In this document: one piece after another, positions 13,780-28,319 of the stretch | Layout of the letters: every line of letters starts with the position of its first letter | Numbering within the stretch: position 1 is the first letter of the stretch | Assembly: GCF_009914755.1 (NCBI RefSeq) | Contig: NC_060942.1 | DNA: 64,000 nt | Reading direction: 5' to 3' (one strand) | Source: the human T2T-CHM13v2.0 reference genome, Homo sapiens | Made by a program: the position numbers and the translations under genes | The notes under the pieces: generated by a model | What the model saw: the letters and a program-made list of their open reading frames with translations, nothing else | Told to the model about the DNA's origin: nothing | The model's database searches: none

Positions 13780-15600
13780 ATCTTAGCATCTAGCATTTCC
13801 TTATCCTTTCTAATTCTTTAGCTTAATTTTCTAGTGTTCCAATAAATCCTGTGAGGTACCCAGTCCCCTTCTAATAAATGTTTTCTATAATTAAGTAGAG
13901 TTACTATTTAGAAACAAGAAACCTGATTAGTCAGGATATTTTATTATAAATGAGGTTCAGAGAAATAGGTAAAATTAGAAAATGAATCCTTGATCCAATT
14001 GGGGCTGAAGGCAAATGCAAACCAGCTAAGAATCAAAATCTGGAATATTGCACACTTGGTATGCAATAGCATGATGACTAACTATATTATTTCTTAGAGT
14101 CACCTGTGTAAATTCTCCACTGAAGGCAAAGCTTTGAGAATCCATCAAGAATTACTTATCTGTGGATGAGGTGGTTGAATAACCATAAATAAAAGAAATA
14201 ATAAACTTAAATTACAAAATTCTTAATACAAGAAATAGTAGAAACCACAGAGGATTTCTATAACTATTCTAAAACAGTTTATTCTGTATAACATTTTCAG
14301 TGCTCTAATATTGTAGGTAAATACTGTACCTGCATCAATTTATATCTACAGGATGCAGAAATTCTAAATAATTCTAAATATTAAAGGATGCAGAAAATTT
14401 ACAACTTCATCAGGTCTCCTACATGAAAGCTTTGGTATTTATCAGATAAGAGACTATGATAATAACAAAAGACATATTTTTGAGGACCTGAAGTTATCCT
14501 GGGTCCAAAATCCAGCGAAGTTTTCTTGGCAACCGAAGAAGTCCTATATTTTTCGAGTGACAACTCTGTTCTTGTCTTAATTGAATATTACCACCCAAAT
14601 GGGTTCTTCAAAATAGAAAACTATTTGCCATCCTGAAAGCTTCTCTATTGTGTATAGTTCTATAGACTCAGATTTGGTTTAGATAAAAAAAATCTTGAAG
14701 AGGCAATTCCAAATTCAATCTTTGTAGAAGTCTTTCATCCCATAAGAGCTGCAGAAATTTACTAATTTAAATTGCAAACAATTTAAGAAAAATGTGTGAT
14801 TTTAAAGAGAAGAGAAGAGTTGAGTCCAGATAGGGATAAAATTGTCCCCACGGTTTCACTAATTAGAGGAAATGCATTGAACCTTCTAGCTTAACAAGCT
14901 AGTACTGGTTTTACATTATTTAATTTTTTTTTCTTAAAAGTGTTTTTTGTCTTATGAATCATGAAATTATTTATGTATATATTAAGAATAAATGCTAAAT
15001 AATATCATGATGTCAAAAAAATCTTTGGTATACAATAAAGAAAGTAATCTAATAATCCATGGAGGCAGATTTATGGTTTTGATGTATTAAGAGCTACTCA
15101 TACAAGGATTCATAAATACCAGTGAAATTTCTTAGGGGCTTTTCTCAAATACATTGGGTAGGGAAAGACCACCCTATCTGAGATAACTTTGTTGAGGTTT
15201 TTGTTTTCTGATTGTTTGTTCTGTCCTGATATTGGGTGGCGGTGTTGCAGTTTCATGGACTTTACCATTTCAGTGGGGATGAGAGGTACTTCTTCATCAC
15301 AGTTCACGTAACAGTTCGGGGTTCCTCTTTTTAATGGATCAATCAACAACACAAAGATCTGTGTCAGTGAAGTGGTTAACCATATCAATAAAAAGGAAAT
15401 ACCCATATACTAGTAAAAGTATAATGAGTAGAATCTAGATATTTAACTGGAATGCCTGCTTGTATAATAGAACCCAATGTTAAATGTCAATGAAAAAAAT
15501 TTTGAGACTATTTTAATGTAGTCCACGGACTAACTGGTTAAAATACATTGACTGGGTTAGATGCTAAATAAAGACAAAAGGACAAAGTAAAGAAGGGTAG
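13780..15600 (+). mobile_element. Highly decayed ERVL: LTR 3' end plus leader/gag relic
   Basis: LTR16/33-type end (aataaatg...caagaaacctgattagtca, ~13870-13935). Downstream segments are collinear with the HERV-L gag at 28.8-29.6 kb, e.g. aaatacattgggtagggaaagaccacc vs aaatggatttgtgagaggagcaccagc. Confidence 0.45.
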
Positions 15601-15625
15601 TAAGAGAAACACAAAAGACAGCAAA

Positions 15626-15960
<335 letters not shown>

Positions 15961-15984
15961 AAGACAGCACACTCTCATGACCAA

Positions 15985-16492
15985 TAACAAAAATTGCAAT
16001 TTCTACAGGTTTATGGTTGAGCCCCTATAACAAAAGACAAATGGACAAGAGAAAAACATATAAATTTACTTAATATAGTTTTAGTGTGACAAGGGAACTG
16101 TGGAAATGAAGACTAAAAAATATGTAAACCTATGCATTTTAAGGCTAGTTCTGATGGAGAAGTGGGTAGTGATGGAGAAATATGATTGGATAAAAATATA
16201 TCATCTAATAATAAACTGGAGAGAAGTTAGCAAGGCCTGTTTTTCAGCTATTATTGTGTTTCCCAATGTCTTCAGAGATAAGAATATTCCTTTCTTCCAG
16301 GCATAGGGAGGGATATCTCCAGTGAAAGTCTTCTGACCTGTTTTAGGGGAGGAGAGTGGGAGAAAGTTAGAGAGTGACCTTCCTAGGTTTTATGACCTGC
16401 TTCAGTGAAAGGTGGGAGAGACCTTCCTGCTTCTGCTATTTTCTCATACGTCAAGGTGCCATAGTTTGGAGTTTCATGTCCTGAACCTTATG
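15985..16492 (-). mobile_element. ERV1 solo LTR, MER31-like
   Basis: Reverse strand starts ggttcaggacatgaaactccaaactatggcaccttg...gagaaaatagcagaagcaggaaggtc. Confidence 0.7.
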
Positions 16493-17614
16493 ACTGTATA
16501 TGGGCTTTGTGGGACTAAGTAACTATCATTTAATGTACGGATTGCAGAGATGCATCATAAGAGAAAGACAGGAGGAATAGATACCACTCAGAGATCCTTG
16601 GCTAGGAGGTGGATGAGCTTAGTGATGAAACTAGGCACTGTCTAAAGGGAACATTTATTTTCAATAGTTCAAAAAATTTGAGTTATATTATGTGAATTAT
16701 TTATATACAGAGCTATATATATGGGGAAAAAGGATATGCGTTTATGTTTTAGCTAAAGTTGCAGATTGATTTGACATTTATCATGTCTGGCTTTTTAGTA
16801 TCTAAAATCTTTCAGTTTAGAGACCCTGTATTGTGCATAGCCTTGGCAAATGCTCCCATCTAGTGAATTAAAAAGACCAGATACATTTGATCTTCGAGTT
16901 TTGAGAATTAGTTAACCAAAGACACCTATACATAATAAAGGTTACCATATTTCAGACCCTAATCTAAACACATACATAGCATAGCCATGTAAACTTATTA
17001 AAACTCAAGGTGAATACAAAGATAAATAAGACAAAATACTTAAACTTCAGACACTAAGTATAATGGAAAATATATAAATATCGAATTAATTTTAAGGCAA
17101 GACAATTGTCTATATGATATTAATAACATGTAGAGGATGAAGTTGTGGAGTGATAAGCATATTTGGAAAGTTCTATTAATGGACCAAAGAAGAACTTCCA
17201 AAATCAGAAAAAGAAATCTGGTATATAATGTATCAATAAGTAGGTACTGATGATTTTCTAGGAGACAAGAACATTTCCTGCTGGCAGCAGAGAACTTCAC
17301 TGTTTGAAGGGAGGAGATTAAAGGGATGAAGAATAAATTATAAGGCTATGATGCTCAGCATGGATTTAGGTAGGAAGGACCTAAGCAGCTAATGTGATGG
17401 GTGTGGAAAGTATTTCACAGGCAGAGAAGTCATGTGCAGACAAACAATCAAAGCAAATTGCCAAAGTAGATGGGGGTGGGGAAATGGGTAGGATCCTAAG
17501 AACAGTTAAAGAAATAATTTAAAGATTACAGAAATAGTTCGAAGTTTAAAGCTGATTGGGTTTTTAGATGAAATTGCTATAAGTTATACTATCGTATAAT
17601 AAGAAGTTTAGAAC

Positions 17615-18190
17615 AAAATATTGCCAAACAGGAAAGTTCCCCTAAGCTTTGGAGTCCAGAGCTTTTACTGGAGTTTAATGACATAGGCATGATTGAATAC
17701 GTGATTGGCCATGAGACTGAACTCAATCCAGTCCCTCTTTCCCTCTTCAGAGGTTAGGTTCATGTCATGTGACTTGAGCTCCCAATCCTCTAATCACATG
17801 GTTAGTCTTTCTGACATCACTAGCCTCCATACTGAAATATCTCCTTAGCTTAAATTATCTAGAAGCCCATCATGAGTCAGTTTATTAGCATAAACTACCA
17901 GGGCTCAACATGAATAACAAAGACACAACTTTTAGGGAATTACAGATTTAGAAGCTATTTTGAAGGAACTGGGAACGAAGTCCAGCCAAATTTTTTATTC
18001 TAGGCTACCTCTAAGGATCAACAAAGACCAGCTAAATTTCTTATTATCCAATAGTACAACTTATAGCAATTCCATCTAAAAGCCCAATCAGCCTTAAACT
18101 TTCAACTATTTCAACTGAAATCAGAATCAGCCAAAAGGAGAGTTGCATAATGTGGGATCTGGATTTACTGAATTTTATCAGTAAGTCAGT
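17615..18190 (-). mobile_element. MER21 LTR fragments
   Basis: gagtccagagcttttactggag, ctctaatcacatggttagtc, ttattagcataaact, atgaataacaaagacac are reverse-strand MER21 motifs. Confidence 0.72.
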
Positions 18191-18199
18191 CACAGTATC

Positions 18200-18449
18200 C
18201 TTTCTGTGACAATAAAATTATAATCAAAAGTACAGAGCTTTCCTGAGCTCTGTGAGTCATGCTAGTGAATTATGAAACCCAAGAGACCAGTGTGAACCTT
18301 TGACTTTATAGTCAGTTGGTCAGAAGTGAGGATGACCCTGGGAACCCCAAGTTTGTGGCTAGTGTCTGCAGTGAGAACAGTCCTGTAGAGCACTGTACCC
18401 TTAACCTGTGAAGTTTGGCCTCACCCGAGGTAGTTAAATCAGAAGTCAC
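18200..18449 (+). mobile_element. MER21 LTR 3' part, interrupted (probably resumes about 19810-19857)
   Basis: cctgagctctgtgagtcatgctag, gttggtcagaagt, cccttaacctgtg, aggtagttaaatcagaa. Confidence 0.72.
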
Positions 18450-18989
18450 TGTAAGACAGCAATAATATAGGGTGGTTGCAGGAGAATAGGAAATTCCAAG
18501 CAGCAGTTTCACATGACTGAGAAAAGGTAACTGTTGAATTAGTCACATAAGCTAGGGGCTGGTTATGACTCTGAAAAACCAGGGCATGGGCCAAGCTGGC
18601 TAAGACCAACTGGACCCAACATGCTGCTGGATTTGACCTAGGTTTCTCCTCGGACTTCATTATACACTCATTAATACTAAATCACACACCGACCAGCACC
18701 ATAACAGTTCCAGGAGGATCCATATTTGATGTAAAAATGAATGGCACCACAGGTCTGAGAACTCTGCCTTTTTTCAGGAATCTTCATAAATATTTCATAG
18801 CTTGCTTTAAAAAAAAAAAACAAAACAGAAATGTAGCAGCCCCACTGCTACTCACACCCTCTTTTCTTGAGTGTGTACATTTCCCTTTGCAATTAATCTC
18901 CATACTTTAACTGTTTTTGGACTCATCCTTGATTTCCTTCTTAGTGATGGTGTCAAGACCCTGGACAATGACTGGGGTCGAGGTGCTAC

Positions 18990-19771
<782 letters not shown>

Positions 19772-20439
19772 CTACTGGCATTTGGGGACCTCTCCCAGCT
19801 TACTGATATTAGTTGCAAATACGATATTGAGAAGTGTTTTTGTTTTTAGTTTTGTAAGAATGCCCAAAGAGAATGAGTGTAAATTGGGCTGGATTCTGCA
19901 GTATTCATGTGAAAACTAAGTAGATAAATCTAAGAATATTTAAATTTTTATTCTGAGTAATTTTTAATCTGTACTTGAGTAACGATCACAGCTTTTCCAG
20001 GAAATTTACTACAAATAAATAGATTATATTCCTTGTTTCAAAAATAAATTGGGCTTTCCGATGACAAATCCATTCTATTTTTAAGACTACTTATTATCTG
20101 AAATATAAACTCATTCTAAGAACCCAGTGCATTCTGCTCTTTGTTTATAAGACATTCTCAAGAATTAATTGCATTAGTGAGTATATAACAAGCATACCTC
20201 TATCCAGCAGGGAAGTGAAGATAAATGATAAATTGGCTTACCATTTATAGTGCACTCCTCTATGATAACTGTGTTCCCATGAAGCAAATACTGTTTTGTT
20301 CTTTATTCCTAATCCAAATAGTCTGGGAAAACTGGATACGCCAATATTGTTTATTTGTTTTTATTTACACTTAAAACTTAAGTGAAACTAAATGCTGAAA
20401 ATTGTGAACAAATTGTAAACATGTTTTGGATTCATCTGT

Positions 20440-20520
20440 TGTTCTTCATTGTAATCTCATTGGCTAGCAAGTGATTGCCACATAATAGAAGCTCAATAAA
20501 TATATGATCAATTAAATTGA
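20440..20520 (+). mobile_element. L2 3' end fragment
   Basis: gccacataatagaagctcaataaatatatg matches the L2 terminus. Confidence 0.5.
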
Positions 20521-20937
20521 CAATGGCTTTCAATAACCAATAATAATATACATATGATTAGCACCTGGGTTAGTCGCATGAATACAGGATACTTCTTTAA
20601 ATGTCATTTAAAGTTTAAATTAAATAATTAAATTAATATCTTTCAGAATATAAAAATAATGCTATCTAATAAAAGTTCTATCAATTGACACATGTATTCT
20701 TCTATTATTCATTTTAAGAGGTAACACAAAAGTAATATTCAAATCCATCAAAGTAATGTGTTAAATAAGTCAAGTGGAAAAAATATTTATTTTATTTATG
20801 TCTTCATCAAACAATACTATATATAGTAAGTGTTTATTTTAAAGAATAAGATCTTTAAAGAGTTAAAGATTAATATATTTATTCTAAAGAGTAAGAATAT
20901 TTTATTATAAAAATTTCTCTTGGCTGAAAGTAAGATA

Positions 20938-21231
<294 letters not shown>

Positions 21232-21435
21232 CTAAGATTAAAAAACAAATCTCAGTTAAACACTAGATCAGGATGCAGATAGTTTGCTACATTATTTTCA
21301 TAATAAAAGAACAAGAATCTACTCCATACCAAATATGAATTGGTTTACAACTTCAAATCTGTGTATGAGTATGAGTGAATGTGTATACATTTTTTCATAG
21401 TTTTTGTAAAAAAGTCTGTGGTTTGAATAATTTAT

Positions 21436-21437
<2 letters not shown>

Positions 21438-21472
<35 letters not shown>

Positions 21473-21490
21473 TATACACATACACACATA
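21438..21490. repeat. (CA)n microsatellite
   Basis: About 15 AC units followed by degenerate CA/TA. Confidence 0.95.
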
Positions 21491-21701
21491 TATGCTATTT
21501 TCCCAGGAAAAAAGAAGAAAATTTTCAAAATATTTTATAAATATAAATTTTCTCAATATAGTCGACATTTCAACAGCTTTGCAACTGAGTTTTTAATAAT
21601 CAAATAACTTAGTCTGCTAAAAATGAAATATGGCAAATAGTTAAACACAGACTGCCAATATTGAGAACAATGTTTACCTTAAAATACAATAAATTTTAGG
21701 G

Positions 21702-21772
21702 TTTTTTTATTATTATACTTTAAGTTATGGGGTATCTATGCAGAACATGCAGGTTTGTTACATAGTTATACA
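21702..21772 (-). mobile_element. Short L1PA 3' end
   Basis: tattattatactttaagttatggggtatctatgcagaacatgcaggtttgttacatag. Confidence 0.75.
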
Positions 21773-22649
21773 TTTTTAAGGCTCAAGAAAATCAATATCA
21801 GAAGTTTCTAGGAGTCTTTTTTTTTTTTTACTTATGCTTTTTAAAGCAGTTGTTTATTTATATTTTAATCCTTAATTATTTTTAAAAAATGCTCTAAATT
21901 CTATTAGGAAGAAGCCATTGCCAAAAACAAATTAAACATTTTATTTATCTATTTATAATTCTATATCATTAATTATATTAATAATTCTATTAATTATATA
22001 CTATTAACTCATTTTATAAGCATATAGTTAATGTTATATACTCATAGAATCTATTTAATTTGAAAAAGTTATCTAAAAATATTCTGATAAGAAGAAAAAT
22101 AAGATGTTGAATTCTATATACTATTTGTTAAATTATTCCATAAATCTAAACCTGTGCTAAAAAATAGTTCATTAATTCACAAAAAAGAACAAAAAAAGAG
22201 GTTGAAAAAGAAGGCATCATCTCAAAGGATGTTAAAATAATCAATTGATGGAAAAGACAGAAAATTTTCGTTAAGTGTTTTATGTTACTGCTTCTCACTT
22301 TTCACTTTTTCTATCAGTTGACATATACTCTTTTTTTCTAAGTTTCCTAGTGGTTAACATTTTTCTCATTGGTTTTCCCTCATATACTTTTTGTGTGTAA
22401 TTAAAAAAAAATGTGAGAATGACAGAGCAAAGTGAAGGAAGAGAACTGGCATCTCTTCCATATTGGGTGAAGCCCTAAATCACCCAACCCGGAAGCTTTT
22501 TATCATTTTAGAGTATTTTTACCATGGCTTGATTTGAGGCTTCCATTAATTCCCAATAACAACGTCTTATCTGATATACCAGTAGCTGCTTTATTCTCTT
22601 CATTTGCAAAATCTTGAATCCTCAAAATCTGCCTTTGCAAAAGAGATGC

Positions 22650-22880
22650 CAATCAGAAGCAACCAAAAGGAGAGTTGCATAGTGTGAGGTCTTGGGAGGT
22701 CCCAGATGTGAAGCTTCCTTTATCTTTGTCCCATTAGGTCAGAACACCTGTCACCCTCCGAGCAGTTTGATATTTAGTTATATACACAAAGTATTGCCTA
22801 TCAGGAAAGCTCTCCTAAGCCTTGGTGTCAAGAGCTGTTACTGAAGTTTCATTATGTAGTCATGATTGATTACATCATCC
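22650..22880 (-). mobile_element. MER21 fragment
   Basis: aaaggagagttgcatagtgtgagg; caggaaagctctcctaagccttggtgtcaagagc, homologous to 17620-17700 and 18125-18160. Confidence 0.7.
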
Positions 22881-23551
22881 CCTTTACATGAGGACAAAAT
22901 ATCAGAACAGAGGCCAGGAAGCTTGCTCAAGAACACAAGTGCCTGGTATTCAAAACCTGCTAGACCAATTCCAGAACCTGTTGGTTTTGTCGTGACATTA
23001 GCCTGCCCTCCTTCATTTGTCCTTACTCACTGCACCTTCACCACATTATGTGCTCAACTCTTGTGCTAGTTTGAAATAATATGGCATATGGTGCTTAAAG
23101 ATTATTAAATCCAAATTTGTTTCTAGGACAAAGATATCACACTTGATATGGCGACTGGTGTTTGACCCATGTGCGTGAGTGTGGCAGGGGAGGGGAGCAG
23201 TGTGGGAAATTCCTTCTCATTTAAGATGGCATTTTATATAGCATGCAAATGATTCCTCCAAGAAAACTACCTACTCAACGGTTTTTTTAATGTGGTTTTT
23301 TAGAAATATTTCCTAGTGTTTCTATCTAAACATATGTTCCTACATTTTGCCAAAGTTGGAAATAAACTTTCTTAAAGTTCATTTAAATTTTTTATTTACC
23401 TTACATGGAAAAAACAGTTGGAATAATAGAAAAGTAAATGATTCAGTGATAAGCTACATGAAACATGTTTATATTGCTCTAGTGATAAAATGAAGGATTT
23501 ATAAATAAGATTTGAAATATTTGCACACACACATACACACACACAAACACA

Positions 23552-23902
23552 CAGATGCTCTTCTGTCTATGGTAGGGGTTATGTCTGCATAAATTCATCC
23601 CAAATTGAAAATATCCTGAGTCAAAATGGGCGTTTTGTAGACATAATGGAATGCAAAAACACAAACCACAATATCCAAAAAAAAACCTGGAAAGGAGTGT
23701 TTACCTTCGTGGTGGTGTGGCTTACTGGGAGCTGTGGCTCAGTGCTACTGTCCAGCATGAACGGCGAGTATTATACTGATCTTGCTAGCTCAGGGAAAGA
23801 TCAAAATTCAAAGTATGAATTCTACTGAATTCATATCACATTTGTAGCATTAAAAAGCCAAAAAAATTTTAAGTTAAACCATTGTAAGTCAAGGACTATG
23901 TG
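23552..23902 (+). mobile_element. MER47B/Tigger5-derived DNA transposon
   Basis: Starts cagatgctc; internal gggagctgtggctc...gggaaagatcaaaattcaaagta; ends aaccattgtaagtcaaggactatgtg followed by TA. Confidence 0.8.
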
Positions 23903-24406
23903 TATTTAGATTCATTCATTGCTAAGTTAATAAAAGATAACAATGACTTCTTGCTGCCTTGATTAACATGCAACATATAGCATAGTGTTTGCTAAAGCTG
24001 CCTTCAAAGATAGATGCATTGTATCTGAATCTGTGATGCACAGAATATCATCTGATTATACAGCCCTTTTCAACAATCTTACACAAAAAGAATAATGGAT
24101 CACTGAAGCCTTGAGTAGAATTAGCTGCTGAACAAAGCACCACATGATTCAATTCAACTTCTTTCTGGAAATGTGATCTAGGTCTTGGAATTGGCCATTA
24201 AGAGCAACTGGATGCCTGATACAGATACAGGTTCTCTACAGCAACCTGTATAGCACTTTCACTTTTCCTAATTTGGAACATTATACGCCTTACAGATAAA
24301 CTGCAAGTTGGAAAATATACAATTCAAATTTACTATCTGAAAAGCATGTGTCCTTGCAATGATTTATTTTGATGCTGCATAAACCCTATATTACTTGGTA
24401 TATCTG

Positions 24407-24534
24407 TAGTTTATAAGACATATAAACATGGCAGATTACATAAATTGATGCAATGCTGAAAGGTGTGGATAGTTTATAAGAGATATAAACATGGCAGATT
24501 AAATAAATTGATGCAATTCTGAAAGGTGTGGATA
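24407..24534. repeat. 63-bp tandem duplication
   Basis: tagtttataaga...aaggtgtgga twice (24407 and 24470), 3 mismatches. Confidence 0.95.
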
Positions 24535-24679
24535 ACACCTGGATTAACAGGTTTCAGATATACTCAGTGATCCCCATGTGGTAGACACATTGTCACAATA
24601 AACAAAACAGAGGTCTTCCCCAGGCTTCCAGAAGGATGCTTTTTATTTATTTTATAGTTCAATGAGATGGATGTAAGGA

Positions 24680-24753
24680 GCATCATATCAGGAAGTTAGA
24701 CATGAAATTATAAAGTGCATCATATCAGGAAGTTAGACATGAAATTATTAAGT
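24680..24753. repeat. 37-bp tandem duplication
   Basis: gcatcatatcaggaagttagacatgaaattat(a/t)aagt twice, 1 mismatch. Confidence 0.95.
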
Positions 24754-26002
24754 ATGTGAAGCTAATGGGAACAAATGTTCATTTACGGGTTTTATAAAAG
24801 CTTATATCAGAGCAAAGAGATTTTAGTTGATGGAAACTTTATAGCATAAGTTTCAACTGAATTACCATTCTGTTTGGTTTTATTTGAATGACAGGATGAC
24901 TAAGTTAGATAATGGACAATGCAAGACAGTTTAAAATGATTATATTGGCCACATATTAGCAATCGTTTTATACATATATAATAAACTTTGGCATATAGCT
25001 TTCATAAAGCTAATAATAAATATGAACCTAAGCCTAGTCTTTCCCTTGTGAAGTAATTGACTACATTTAAAAATTAATTAATAATTATCTACTATTTGAG
25101 GTGTTTACAGGGTAGATAGGTATAAATAGAGACAGAAGCATGACTATAAGCAGCATTACTACAAAAATTTTTTCATAAGAAATTTAATAAGCGATTAACC
25201 TAAATATGATTATGTTGTATCTTCAGTACATTTAAAAGGTTTACCCAACATATTTAATAGAATTTCATTTAAAAAGTCCATTTTAAGTAGCATTTTTCAC
25301 TTTTTATAATGCAGTTGAACTCTTCTATACAAAAAAAATTTTATAATGTCTCACATAAGTTAAAACTGCTATTTAAACGATATAAAATGATTTTATAAAT
25401 TAGGTGTGAGTTTAAAATCATTTGGAATAATAAAATGATTTTGATAAATAGTTTTGGTGATTAGTTTGATGATTTAACAGAAATAATATATTTGATGATT
25501 CATTTAATGATGAATGAGGATTGCTTTCTGCTTTAAAACCCAGCATACAATATATCTATTTTTGTTATGCACCATTGAGGAAAACCTGGCAAACTCTTGT
25601 GAATGGTAACTATTTCTAAAGACATTAAGTGTTAATCACAAAGTATCCTTAAACACACTATTACAGATCTTCCAAGAGGAGAGATGGAACTTTTTTCTAA
25701 TTTGAATTACTAGCAATTTTTAATTACTAGTGTTTTAAAATGAGACATAATATTTCTGTTACCAACACTATTGTTTCTACTACTATTACTATTGATACTT
25801 TCACAATTAATGACAAGAGTGAAGGATGTTTCAAAATCTAGTAACAATGATGCTTTTACAAGTATTCTTATGTATTTTTGTGCATAATTCATATTTGGAA
25901 AAAGACTGTTCTCTCATTTGACAAAATAATTTAATGGACACTTTCATTATGCAAAGCTAAGTCCCAGAATAAAGCCTGCAAGCAGAAGGTTTTGACAAAA
26001 AT

Positions 26003-26190
26003 ATAGTTGCCAGATTTAACAAATAAAAATACAAGATGCCAAGTTAAATTTAAATTTCTGAAAATCACAATCTCTTTTTAGAATATGTATGTCCTAAATA
26101 TTGTATAGGGTATACTTATACTAAAATATTATTCATCATTTATTTGAAATTAAATTTAACTCGGCACCCTATAATTTATCAAACAAACTT
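26003..26190. mobile_element. MER53 palindromic MITE
   Basis: gttgccagatttaacaaataaaaatacaagatgccaagttaaattt, with inverted arm aaatttaactcggcaccctataatttatc. Confidence 0.85.
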
Positions 26191-26324
26191 AGACACAAAG
26201 GAAACAAATTGCTCCCAATAATAATACAATGAAGTCTTCATTAAAGACATGGCAGCATCACCACAAATCTATTTTAGGTGACTTTTTTCTTTCCTCTGGA
26301 TGGTTATGCAGAAATATGTGATGT

Positions 26325-27075
26325 TTTGAGGGCTAACATCATGGTGTTTGCAGGGCCACTTTTTCTTATGAATGCTCTAGGAGAGAATCCATTTTCTTGC
26401 CTATTCCAGTTTCTAGAGGTTGTCTGTATTCCTCATGTGGCCCCTTCCTCTATCTCCAAAACCACCTTACCTCACTCTGATTTTTTTTTTTTTTTTGAGA
26501 TGGAGTCTCACTCTGTTGCCAAGGCTGGAGTGCAGTGGCATAATTTCGGCTCACTTCAACCTCTGCCTCCCGGGTTCAAGCAATTCTGCCTCAGCCTCCG
26601 GAGGAGCTAGGACTACAGGCATGCACCACCATGCCCAACTAATTTTTGTATTTTTAGTAGAGATGGAGTTTCACCATATTGACCAGGCTAGGCTGGTCTT
26701 GAACTCCTAGCCTCAGGTGATCTGCCCACCTCAGCCCCCCAAAGTACTGGGATTACAGGCGTGAGCCACCATGCCCAGCCTTCATTCTGATTTTTGCTTC
26801 TATCATCACATCTCTTTTTCTGACTCTCCTTCCTTCCTCTTTCTTTTTTTAGGGCATATGTGATTACGCTGAGTCTACCTGGATCATCCAGCATACTGTT
26901 TTCTGAATAAGGACCCTTGGATTACATTGGATCCACCTGGAAAATCCAAGATGACTTCATTGTAAGATTCTTAATTGCATTTACAAAGTGTTTACCTTAT
27001 AAGAAACTATATTTACAAATTCTGGGTGTTAGAACATAAGAATCTTGGAGGGGGGACATTGTTCTGCTTACTATA
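26325..27075 (-). mobile_element. MLT1 LTR interrupted by an Alu
   Basis: ctctaggagagaatccattttcttgcctattccagtttctagagg; gattacattggatccacctggaaaatccaagatg; ends gggggacattgttctgcttacta. Confidence 0.78.
26481..26780 (-). mobile_element. AluS (Sx/Sz-like)
   Basis: Poly-T, then gagatggagtctcactctgttgcc...atgcccagcc; TSD tca(c/t)tctga. Confidence 0.93.
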
Positions 27076-27177
27076 CTTTCATATTTGTAAGAATTTAAAC
27101 CAAATATATAATAGAAGAAGCATGTCCTTAATCAGGTATTTGAGTGGTAAATTTATAGTATATACCAAGAAACTGCC

Positions 27178-27528
27178 TGCATTAGTTTGTTCTCATGCTG
27201 CTGATAAAGACATACCCAAGCCTGGGTGGTTTATAAAGGAAAGAGGTTTAATGGACTCACAGTTCCACATGCCTCACAATCATGTCAGAAGATTAAGAAT
27301 GAACAAAAAGACGTCTTACATGGCTGGCAAGACAGAGCTTGTGTAGGGAAACTACCATTTATAAAACTATCAGATCTCAGATCTTGTAAGACTTATTTAC
27401 TATCACATGAACAGTATGAGGAAACCTCACCCCGTGATTCAATTACCTCCACCTGGCCCTGCCCTTGACATGTGGGGATTATTACAATTCAAGGTGAGAT
27501 TTGGTGGAGACACAACTAAACCATATCA
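27178..27528 (-). mobile_element. THE1B-like MaLR solo LTR
   Basis: ttagtttgttctcatgctgctgataaagacataccc...tgattcaattacctcc...ccatatca. Confidence 0.88.
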
Positions 27529-27539
27529 CCTCCTAATAT

Positions 27540-27645
27540 GTTATCTTATTTAATCATCACATTTATTGATCCCATTTTTCAGAGTAAGTAATTTAGGGTT
27601 CCAGAGGTTAATCAACTTACTCAAAGTTTCACAGCTAGTAAACCC
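27540..27645 (-). mobile_element. MIR fragment
   Basis: cccatttttcagag...aacttactcaaagtttcacagctagtaa. Confidence 0.55.
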
Positions 27646-28319
27646 CCCAGCTACACTTACATGTTGGTTAATTTTTAGTTGTCAATGTGACTGAATTAAG
27701 GGATGCTTAAACGGCTGGTGAAGCATTATTTCTGAGCATGCCTGTGAGGGTATTTCCAGAGAAGACTAACGTGTGAGTTAGTGGACTGAGAGAGGAAGAC
27801 TTGCTCTTGATAAGGGCAGGCACTGATCAGTTGGTTGGGGACCTGGCTGAAACAAACCGATAGGAAAACAGAAAATTTCTTACTCTCTGCTCTGACTCTC
27901 TCCCTCCCAGAGTGGGATGCCTTTTTTTCCTCCTGCCTTTAGACATCAAACTCCAGGCTCTTTGCCTTTTGGACTCTGGGACTTGCACCAGCAGCCTCCT
28001 GGGGACTCTCGGGCTTTTAGTCTCAGGTTGGAGGCTTCACTAGCTTCCTTGATTCTGAGGCTTCTGGGCTGAGCCAGGCTACTGTCTTCTCTTGTTATCC
28101 AACTTGCAGAGGGCCTATTGTGGGTCTGCTCTGACTCTGTGATTGTGTGAGCCAATTCAAGCTAATAAATCCTTTCCTACAGATCCTATTTGGGTATGAG
28201 GAGTAGTTCTAGAATTTTAAGAATAAATTTTCTTAGCTGGTTTTGGCATATCTTTGGCTTTATAATCTGATTCTTCCTAAAAATGCTAAGGACTCTACTT
28301 CTAATTGTATAGAGAACAC

